From the NCBI GenBank assembly GCA_963832835.1, contig CAWHVD010000001.1, positions 2,389,199-2,453,198 of the forward strand: a stretch of DNA of 64,000 nucleotides, read 5' to 3'. A program made the position numbers and the translations under genes. The number at the start of each line of letters is the position of its first letter. The first letter of the stretch is position 1. This DNA comes from an uncultured Chlamydiales bacterium. Its GTDB lineage: Bacteria; Chlamydiota; Chlamydiia; Chlamydiales; JAAKFR01. The notes beneath the pieces were generated by a model, which saw only the letters and a list, made by a program, of their open reading frames with translations, was not told where the DNA came from and did not search any database. Of this stretch, positions 50,816 through 58,063 are shown one piece after another.

Positions 50816-52139
50816 GTACTGTCTCCTTGTCTATGTAAAAATAGGTTTGGGTATCGCAGATCACTTCTTTTGACAGTTTCGCGACGCCGATTAAATTGAT
50901 CACTACCATTAGAGATAGGGCAACATCGGCTAAAATCCAAACAAAATCTACATGTAAGACAGCACCGACTGGAACTAAACAAATATAGAGTAATTGAATA
51001 GGACGGACAAGTGAACTGCCAAACAAAAAGCCAACCGCTCTTTCTAAACAACTTGCCCATGCAAGGGTGGTCGTATATCCGAACAAGACTAGTGCAATGA
51101 TCACGACCCAAGATCCCAATGGCTGCCCAATTCCTTCATTAAAGGCGTGGGCCACCATATTGGTGCTTTTAAGGTCCAAATGTCCAAATGGCCCCGTGAT
51201 AATCAAAACTAGAGCTGTAGTGGTGCAAACGATCATGACCATGAATGGAGAGACTAGGGCCACAATTCCCACCGTTACAGGATCTTTCGTGCGCGCTCCT
51301 GCCTGCAAAATAGGAACAATTCCAGTTCCTGCATCCGTGGCAAAAATCGCTCTGTCAAAGCCTGTTGTCAATGCTTTCATCATAGCAAATCCAAGTACTC
51401 CTCCTGCCACAGGAGCACTTCCAAAGGCTGCACGGAAAATGGTTCGGAAGGCAGGAAGGATTTGGCTAGAATGTGATGCCAAAATGATAAGAGCCGTGCC
51501 CAGATAGAGTAAAGCCATCATGGGAACAATAGCCGATGCAACTTGCGCAACGCGCTTCATACCTCCTAAAATCACCAGGGCAACTAAAACAGCCGCGCTA
51601 CATCCTACCCATAAGGAAGAAACGCCCAGTTTGGCCAGAGGTAAGACCATCGAGTTGATTTGAGCTAAACCACCAACGGTGAAAGCTCCGAAAATGGTGC
51701 ATAAGGAAAAAACAATAGCAAGTGACTTTAACCCCAAACCATCCCGCAAATAATACATCGGGCCACCAACAAACTGCCCTTCGGAATTTTTTTGGCGGTA
51801 TTTTACTCCTAGAATACAGCTGGCATACTGGATTGCAGCCCCAAAAAAAGCCATCACCCACATCCAGACGAGGGCTCCGGGCCCTCCGGTTGCAAGCGCA
51901 ATGGCCATGCCCGAAATATTGCCCGTACCAAAATTCCCAGCTAATACGGAAGCTACCGCTTGATATTGGGAGATATCCCCTTCAGCCCCTTGTTCGTGCC
52001 TCTTAAATAGATGGGAAAAGCTCATCCCCAACTTTGCAACTTGAACACAGCGTAGACGCCAGGTCAAATACACTCCTAACAGCAAAATGGATGGAAAAAC
52101 CACATAAAGGGTAAAAAAACTATTGAGCAATCTAAGCAA
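50802..52139 (-). CDS. Sodium:alanine (amino acid:cation) symporter family protein (AGCS)
   Basis: GDISQYQAVASVLAGNFGTGNISGMAIALATGGPGALVWMWVMAFFG...GGPMYYLRDGLG is typical of AgcS. Polytopic membrane protein. Confidence 0.85.
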   Translation of the reverse strand: MLRLLNSFFTLYVVFPSILLLGVYLTWRLRCVQVAKLGMSFSHLFKRHEQGAEGDISQYQAVASVLAGNFGTGNISGMAIALATGGPGALVWMWVMAFFGAAIQYASCILGVKYRQKNSEGQFVGGPMYYLRDGLGLKSLAIVFSLCTIFGAFTVGGLAQINSMVLPLAKLGVSSLWVGCSAAVLVALVILGGMKRVAQVASAIVPMMALLYLGTALIILASHSSQILPAFRTIFRAAFGSAPVAGGVLGFAMMKALTTGFDRAIFATDAGTGIVPILQAGARTKDPVTVGIVALVSPFMVMIVCTTTALVLIITGPFGHLDLKSTNMVAHAFNEGIGQPLGSWVVIIALVLFGYTTTLAWASCLERAVGFLFGSSLVRPIQLLYICLVPVGAVLHVDFVWILADVALSLMVVINLIGVAKLSKEVICDTQTYFYIDKETVHEVI

Positions 52140-52250
52140 AATATACTTAAGTCGTTAAAGGTTAAAATTTTTAAAAATTATTCTAGAGTACTGAGAAAAT
52201 AAAAACAACTCCCTATTTTGCCCTTATGACTTACTTAAACACTTTACCTA

Positions 52251-52970
52251 TCAGTTGTCGAAACGATCGTAATCACCACGCCCCCGAGGGATATGAGTGA
52301 TCAATAAATCGATAAAATTGTCCCAATTTTGGTTGGAGACAGGCGCAATGATAATTTCAGGAGCGATCTTTACCTGTTTGGCAAAATCATAAATAAACTC
52401 CTTTTTCATATTGTTGATACCCGTTTCTGTTGTCAAAGATTCCTTGAAACCACCCACAAAATGATTCCAGATCCAACCTTTACCACGAATATTACGAATT
52501 CCAACCTTGAGCTCTTCATCTGTAAAGACGGTCATTAAAAAACGAAGAGGGTGAATATGCTCGATGCGATCTCCAGCGGCTTCCAAATCTGCCTTTGCAA
52601 GCCCTATGGAGATAAGTGATTTATTAGCCAAAAAGGTGACAATGAAACGGATATCTGCTTTTTCTTCACCCGTAAGTTCAAGATGGTAGTTGCGCGGATA
52701 ACCAAGATAACCCCCTTGATTGCGAGCAGCCTTGAAAGACCATCTTTTGGGCGAAGTCTCACCAGCATACTCAATGACAAAAGGTTTTCGTTTACCATCC
52801 GCTAAGGCTACAACCTTTTCTTCTATTCCAGCGAGGCTTTCGCTGGGGTCAACTTGTAAAACAAACATGTCACCATCGAAGGTGTTCACCACAATTTCAT
52901 TTCCTATTGCTGAAGAGGTCAGAAATGTAAAGATAGATATCAAAGTCAAGAATTGGTACGCGTTTTTCAT
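52251..52970 (-). CDS. Hypothetical secreted protein
   Basis: N-terminal signal-peptide-like segment (LTLISIFTFLTSSAIG). No family recognised. Confidence 0.5.
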   Translation of the reverse strand: MKNAYQFLTLISIFTFLTSSAIGNEIVVNTFDGDMFVLQVDPSESLAGIEEKVVALADGKRKPFVIEYAGETSPKRWSFKAARNQGGYLGYPRNYHLELTGEEKADIRFIVTFLANKSLISIGLAKADLEAAGDRIEHIHPLRFLMTVFTDEELKVGIRNIRGKGWIWNHFVGGFKESLTTETGINNMKKEFIYDFAKQVKIAPEIIIAPVSNQNWDNFIDLLITHIPRGRGDYDRFDN

Positions 52971-53135
52971 CTTTATCCCTATATTTTCATATCAATTTAC
53001 TGCGCTGGGCCTTGGTGCAATTGCTTTGCGACAGCTATTTCCTTGCAAGCCCATAACTCAATCTTGTAAAATTTTTAGCATGCATCAAAAAATATTCTCA
53101 AGTTTAAAGTTTACTTCGGGCATATAGAAAAGCGC

Positions 53136-53903
53136 ATGTATTACTTGCTTGCTGCCCTCATTTTTTGCTGCAACGTACTCACTGGAGCTTCTCTTCCTGG
53201 GCCATTTCTGTTTAAAGCAGGGCCGGAGGTTTATCATCTAAAGCGCACACGCGAGGGTGGTACAAGTCAGGATGGGTGGATCACCGGCGTACGCATCGGG
53301 TTTGACCGAATCAAAAGGCACAAGCTATATATTGGAGCCGATTACCTATATGCCACCGGCTCCTTGCAGGGATCGACTGCCACAGGACGTGCTTTGAGCA
53401 GCATACTCACAGATGAGATTTTAGAGGGACGAGTGGGATATACCTTTCAACAAAAAGACTGCCGCAGATCGTTCATCTCCCCTTTTGTTGGCTATGGTCG
53501 CTTCCATGAGGTGAACGCGTTTTATTCCCCTTCCCCCCTCCCCTGTAAGTTCACCGACACGTTCAATTACTTCGCCGTCGGTTTTTTATCTGGAGTGAAT
53601 TTTACACCTTTGTTAAGTATGGGTATAAATTTTAAATTGAGATTTATGCAGGACGGTGAGTCAAAAGTTTCGGACGATCCAATATACGATCAAGTCATCC
53701 TGAAAATGCATGATGAGATTCAAGCACGATTGGATGTGCCTTTCATGCTTACTCCTTGTAAAACCCGATATGGATTCGGGATATTGTTTGCGCCCTTTTA
53801 TGAATACAGACATTTTGGGGGCCTTGAAGGCTTTCCTTTTAATTACAAAGATACAAAATTTTATTTATATGGAGCACATTTTGCGCTTACATATCGATAT
53901 TAA
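53136..53903 (+). CDS. Putative outer-membrane beta-barrel protein
   Basis: Signal-like N-terminus. Alternating aromatic/hydrophilic pattern. C-terminal ...HFALTYRY ends in an aromatic residue, as in OMPs. Confidence 0.45.
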   Translation: MYYLLAALIFCCNVLTGASLPGPFLFKAGPEVYHLKRTREGGTSQDGWITGVRIGFDRIKRHKLYIGADYLYATGSLQGSTATGRALSSILTDEILEGRVGYTFQQKDCRRSFISPFVGYGRFHEVNAFYSPSPLPCKFTDTFNYFAVGFLSGVNFTPLLSMGINFKLRFMQDGESKVSDDPIYDQVILKMHDEIQARLDVPFMLTPCKTRYGFGILFAPFYEYRHFGGLEGFPFNYKDTKFYLYGAHFALTYRY

Positions 53904-53917
53904 AATGGGATGAGTAA

Positions 53918-55003
53918 ATGGCTAATTTTTATTCTCGCTTGAGTTACAGTTTTGGCAATGAAGACTGGGACACTGAGCACAAAGCATTGCAAATTCGCCC
54001 TAGTGATAGAGTCTTATGCGTTACGGCAAGTGGGGACAGACCCCTCAATTTATTGACAAAAGAGCTAAAAGAGCTCGTCACTGTGGATGCTAATCCTTTA
54101 CAAAACGCATTGTTCGATCTAAAAAGGGTGGCCTTATCTCATTTACCCTATGATGACTATCTGGCCTTCATGGGGGCCACCTCTTCTCAAAACAGAATGA
54201 AAACCTATGCTCAAATCGAAAAAAAACTAGACCCGATGTCGAGCGCTCTTTGGGAACTTCTACATAAAAAAATCGCTCGTGGGATTATTTACCAGGGCTC
54301 CGTGGAAAAATTACTCAAATTTACATCTCAAATGATCAGGACCTGTCGAGGTAACAAGAAGGTGGATGGACTATTTGCGAATAAGACCCTTAAAGACCAA
54401 CAGAAATTTGTAGCTGATCATTGGAATACCTATTTATGGAAAAAAACTTTCCATCTGGCGCTTCATCCTTTTCTCACGCGAATCTTTATCAAAGATCCGG
54501 GCCTATATGAGTATGTCGATCCTACAATCCATGTCGGGGACCAACTCTACTTACGCATCCACAACTACCTCAACCGGCATTTAGCAAAAGAGAGTATCCT
54601 CCTCTCCCTCTTTTTCAATGGAAAAGTGGACTCTAAGCAATTCCCCCCGTACCTCAACAAAGAAAGTATTCAAAAGATCAAAAAACAAGTGAGCAAAACC
54701 CACTTTCATACCGACGATCTAGTGTCGTATGTATCGAAAGCACCTGCAGATTCTTTTGATTGTTTCTCTGTATCGGATGTGGCCTCCTACATCGGGAAGG
54801 AGGATTTCAATAGGCTTGCCGAGGGGATTTTCCGCTGCGCGAAACCTGGGGCGCGTTTTTGCATCCGCCAACTCATGAGCAACCATCAAATTCCACCTCA
54901 TTTGGCACCTCACTTCAAGCGTAATCTGAAATTGGATAAGCAATTGCAAGAAGAAGACCGTTGCTGTGTCTATACCTTCATGACGGGGGTTATCGAAAAG
55001 TAA
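53918..55003 (+). CDS. DUF3419 / BtaA-like S-adenosylmethionine-dependent transferase (putative)
   Basis: The N-terminal YSFGNEDWDTEHKALQIRPSDRVLCVTASGDRPLNLL resembles the BtaA/DUF3419 start (..WEDp..d..aL.i.p.d.vl.i.SaG.n.L). Confidence 0.5.
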   Translation: MANFYSRLSYSFGNEDWDTEHKALQIRPSDRVLCVTASGDRPLNLLTKELKELVTVDANPLQNALFDLKRVALSHLPYDDYLAFMGATSSQNRMKTYAQIEKKLDPMSSALWELLHKKIARGIIYQGSVEKLLKFTSQMIRTCRGNKKVDGLFANKTLKDQQKFVADHWNTYLWKKTFHLALHPFLTRIFIKDPGLYEYVDPTIHVGDQLYLRIHNYLNRHLAKESILLSLFFNGKVDSKQFPPYLNKESIQKIKKQVSKTHFHTDDLVSYVSKAPADSFDCFSVSDVASYIGKEDFNRLAEGIFRCAKPGARFCIRQLMSNHQIPPHLAPHFKRNLKLDKQLQEEDRCCVYTFMTGVIEK

Positions 55004-55165
55004 TACCATTTCCAGAAAATAAAGCCATGAAGTGGGACTGGGTAACATGACAGATTTGGATGATCGTTTCGAAGCCTATGTTTTTGCACCTAAGCGAGAA
55101 AGGATCATTCAAAAATGTCATGTTACCCAGTCCCACTTCATGGCTTTATTTTCTGGAAATGGTAT
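55003..55165. repeat. R1 element, complete copy: 163-bp palindromic MITE-like unit (50-bp perfect inverted arms, 63-bp core)
   Basis: By hand, 55003-55052 is the exact reverse complement of 55116-55165. The core matches 8262-8323 and the complement of 7368-7429. The element starts at the last base of the upstream stop codon. Confidence 0.85.
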
Positions 55166-55214
55166 AATACGTAATGGGACCATTAGAGTCTAATGTACCC
55201 CCTATTGAAATGAG

Positions 55215-55601
55215 CTAAAACTCCAGTTTCCGGGCAGTGGAAGGCTTAGAAACGCACTGCTGTTGTGCTTCTTTGTAAAGCTGGCAACTCCAAGTCAGTA
55301 TGCCTAGGGCAAAAAGAAAAGCCCCGCTACTGATCATCACAAAGCTATTCAATTCACCGATCACTTTAAGAGGATGAGGATTCCCGGGTATTCCCCCTCT
55401 TGCTGCCATAAGAGCCAAAACACCCACTATCACCACGATGGCAGCCAAAACAACCACCACAACTACAAAAATTTTAAAGCACAGATCGGTAAGCTTCAAA
55501 TCTACTGGTTGAACAACGGCAGAAGCCCGATGCATCGGTGTCTGGGGCAGTATAATATGATTACTTTTTAGACGAACGTGATGCTGCACAGGATGAGTCA
55601 T
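55215..55601 (-). CDS. Hypothetical membrane protein with paired hydrophobic segments (Inc-like topology)
   Basis: IFVVVVVVLAAIVVIVGVLALMAA and FVMISSGAFLFALGILTW are separated by a short loop. No family recognised. Confidence 0.45.
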   Translation of the reverse strand: MTHPVQHHVRLKSNHIILPQTPMHRASAVVQPVDLKLTDLCFKIFVVVVVVLAAIVVIVGVLALMAARGGIPGNPHPLKVIGELNSFVMISSGAFLFALGILTWSCQLYKEAQQQCVSKPSTARKLEF

Positions 55602-55664
55602 AATAGGCAGGGATCATAGCTTGGTGAACAAAAAAGATCTACAAAAGAGACTCATGCAAAATTC

Positions 55665-56666
55665 CTAACGCGTCAAGGCTGCTAAGATCCGCCGTTTACC
55701 GGTAAAAGGGGCTCTCCCATGCATTGCCAAAACATTATCGAGAACCATTACATCCCCTTTCTTCCATGGAAATTTGATCGTCTCTTTTTCCAATGCATCC
55801 ATCACATGGTAGAGCTCTTTGCGAGGTAGAGTTGTGCCGTTACCATAGTATATCTCATGCAAGACCGTATCTTTACGCACATAAAGCAACTTGGCACCCA
55901 CCCAGTTCCAAAAGCCAAGCAAACGAGGGTTGTAATCGTAAAGGTGAGCCTGATTAAACCACACACGCTCCCCTGTTTCGGGATGGGCAATGACTGCCGG
56001 TGTCTCATAGATGACTTGAAGCCAATCTTTTTTATTCCATTTGTAACCAAATTCATTGGCCGCACAAAGCTTCTCCACATCTTCTTTACTGTGGGTTTCA
56101 AAAGCATCCATCCACGTTTTGTGCGCTCTTTGAAAACGGTTTACCATATCCAAAATGCGGCTTTGTCCATAAAAATTCGAAATATAGCGCAAGCCCTGTT
56201 GGACAAAACGTTCTTTAATCTTCACATCAATTGCTTTGTAAACAGACCTCGCGTCAGCAATAATGGTCTCTCCACCCGTTTCAGATGGCGTATCGCAATA
56301 AAAATAAATGTGCCGGGGATAATGTTTGATAAAACTCATCTCATTGTGAAGGGGAATCATAAACGAGGGTGGCGCTTCTGTTGAGGTATAAACCTTCCCC
56401 TTCACTTTATCGCGAGGCGTATCGCCTCCTATGTAGCTTAACGGTTTTCCTAATCCCAATGTATCGATGACTGCATTGAAGGCATCGGTTCCTTCCACCT
56501 GAAAGCCGCGAAAGAGAATTCCGCCGAAAGTCAGAAGTTTTTTCTTCAGGGGTTCTTGTTGTTCTTTCAAATACTCTAAAAATTGTTCGAAAGAAAGGTT
56601 TTGAGATGGCTCAATAACAAGCGGCAGTTTCTGCTGATTGATAAATTTGGTTTGAATAGCGTTCAT
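55665..56666 (-). CDS. TauD/TfdA-family Fe(II)/2-oxoglutarate dioxygenase
   Basis: IPLHNEMSF (H-x-E), GDVMVLDNVLAMHGRAPF (the typical ..lDN...lHgR motif). Length of 333 aa. Confidence 0.7.
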   Translation of the reverse strand: MNAIQTKFINQQKLPLVIEPSQNLSFEQFLEYLKEQQEPLKKKLLTFGGILFRGFQVEGTDAFNAVIDTLGLGKPLSYIGGDTPRDKVKGKVYTSTEAPPSFMIPLHNEMSFIKHYPRHIYFYCDTPSETGGETIIADARSVYKAIDVKIKERFVQQGLRYISNFYGQSRILDMVNRFQRAHKTWMDAFETHSKEDVEKLCAANEFGYKWNKKDWLQVIYETPAVIAHPETGERVWFNQAHLYDYNPRLLGFWNWVGAKLLYVRKDTVLHEIYYGNGTTLPRKELYHVMDALEKETIKFPWKKGDVMVLDNVLAMHGRAPFTGKRRILAALTR

Positions 56667-56722
56667 AACTTGAACCTATACCGACCAAAAAAAAGTTTGC
56701 AAGCAAAATCCGTTTGAAAAAT

Positions 56723-56985
56723 TGTAGGGGTATTTAAACACAGAGGCACAGATAAACAAAGACACCGAAAAGAACGGGATTAAAGATCGTGACTATTCAC
56801 GAGCCAGCAGAATCCTTAGGGCAGCCCCAGTTTGTCAAGGTGGGAGTGGATAGTCGCCACAGAGAGGCTTTTAACCAAAAAGATGGATACCTGAATAGTT
56901 ACTAAAGATCTTAACTACATGCGTCTGGTAAAGAAGTTAGTTCTTTACGAGCCCTTAGTGTCTCTGTGTTTAAAATACCCCTACA
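56723..56985. repeat. R3 element: about 27-bp terminal inverted repeats (TGTAGGGGTATTTAAACACAGAGGCAC) enclosing an R2 insertion
   Basis: 56723-56749 is the reverse complement of 56958-56985, apart from one mismatch and a 1-nt indel. Confidence 0.6.
56789..56902. mobile_element. R2 MITE copy 1 (114 bp) with 8-bp target-site duplication TAAAGATC
   Basis: Termini GTGACTATTCACG...CCTGAATAGTTAC are imperfect inverted repeats. The direct repeat TAAAGATC is at 56781-56788 and 56903-56910. Confidence 0.85.
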
Positions 56986-56995
56986 CAGAAAGAAT

Positions 56996-57277
56996 TTAGA
57001 GTAGAGTGTGGTAATCGGTGTCGAAGACATTCCCGAACATCTTTGCAAAGCTTGGCGTGATCGGGCGCTCACCTTTTTCCATCAGGATGATGTAATGTTC
57101 ATCTAATCCCACACGTTCACCTAGTTCACGTTGAGACCATTTTTTTCCTTCTCGCAGGGCTTGCAAAAGTTCACCCGATTGCATAGCACCAGTGAGCAAA
57201 TCATTGAATTCTTCTTGAACAACTTTAGGTTCCGATATATCTAAAGGAACGTGACGCGTGCGCATATATTTAGTCAT
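56996..57277 (-). CDS. XRE-family helix-turn-helix transcriptional regulator
   Basis: WSQRELGERVGLDEHYIILMEKGERPIT is a Cro/C1-type HTH. Confidence 0.75.
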   Translation of the reverse strand: MTKYMRTRHVPLDISEPKVVQEEFNDLLTGAMQSGELLQALREGKKWSQRELGERVGLDEHYIILMEKGERPITPSFAKMFGNVFDTDYHTLL

Positions 57278-57388
57278 ACAGCACCTCCTTTGGTTCTATT
57301 ATAGTTCATAAGTAATGAAATTTCAATGATTTAAAACCTCTTAACATAAGCTCAAGGGCTTTGCTATCCAGAAATCTAAAAAACTGAT

Positions 57389-57991
57389 ATGAAAAATAAA
57401 AAAGTGAGGTTCCATATGATGAGACATCTACTATGCGTTTACTTATTGCTCGGGGCACTGCCTCTTGTGGGAAACGAGCACATTGCTAAACTGATCGAAG
57501 GAAATCGGCGTTTTGTCACAAAAGATGTCGTTCGCAAAGAGCTGATCGCTGCTCAATATCCCTTTTGCGCTATCTTAGCATGCTCAGATGCACGAGTAGC
57601 CCCCGAGGTGATCTTTGATCAAGGCCTTGGGGATCTTTTTGTGGTGCGCCTTGCCGGAAACGTCGCTTCTTCGGAAGCTCTCGAAAGTCTCGATTTTGCA
57701 TTCTCTGCTTTACACGCTCCTTTGATTGTTGTCTTAGGACATCAAAACTGCGGTGCTATCCAAGCTGTCATGCAACACTCGGCAGATCAAGAACTAGGAG
57801 CTATCGCACAGCTCATCGAACCGGCAGTTAGGAACGCCACCTCCCTCAATCAAGCAATTGTCGCAAATGTTATAGCACAAGTGAATCGAATCAAAAATGA
57901 CCCCGATTTGCAACCACATGTGGAAGATGGCTCGTTAACAGTCGTTGGAGCTGTTTACAACTTCAATATGGGTCTCGTGACATTTCTTTGA
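57389..57991 (+). CDS. Beta-class carbonic anhydrase with signal peptide
   Basis: CSDARVAPEVIFDQGLGDLFVVRLAGN and VLGHQNCGA (the Cys/Asp/Arg...His/Cys zinc site). An alternative start at ATG 57416 has the better RBS (GTGAGG). Confidence 0.85.
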   Translation: MKNKKVRFHMMRHLLCVYLLLGALPLVGNEHIAKLIEGNRRFVTKDVVRKELIAAQYPFCAILACSDARVAPEVIFDQGLGDLFVVRLAGNVASSEALESLDFAFSALHAPLIVVLGHQNCGAIQAVMQHSADQELGAIAQLIEPAVRNATSLNQAIVANVIAQVNRIKNDPDLQPHVEDGSLTVVGAVYNFNMGLVTFL

Positions 57992-58063
57992 AGATTAATA
58001 GAAAGAAGTGATATCCCCTAAAAACAGAAAAGCTACCAACCGCCAAGCCCGATTACCCCAAAA

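Noticed and set aside
51067-51507. 146-aa plus-strand ORF (also 50812-51111, 51598-51861 and 51722-52006)
   Set aside because: They are embedded in the well-supported AGCS symporter gene on the minus strand, antisense or out of frame.
55857-56384. 175-aa plus-strand ORF
   Set aside because: It is antisense to the TauD/TfdA-family gene, which carries the diagnostic motifs.
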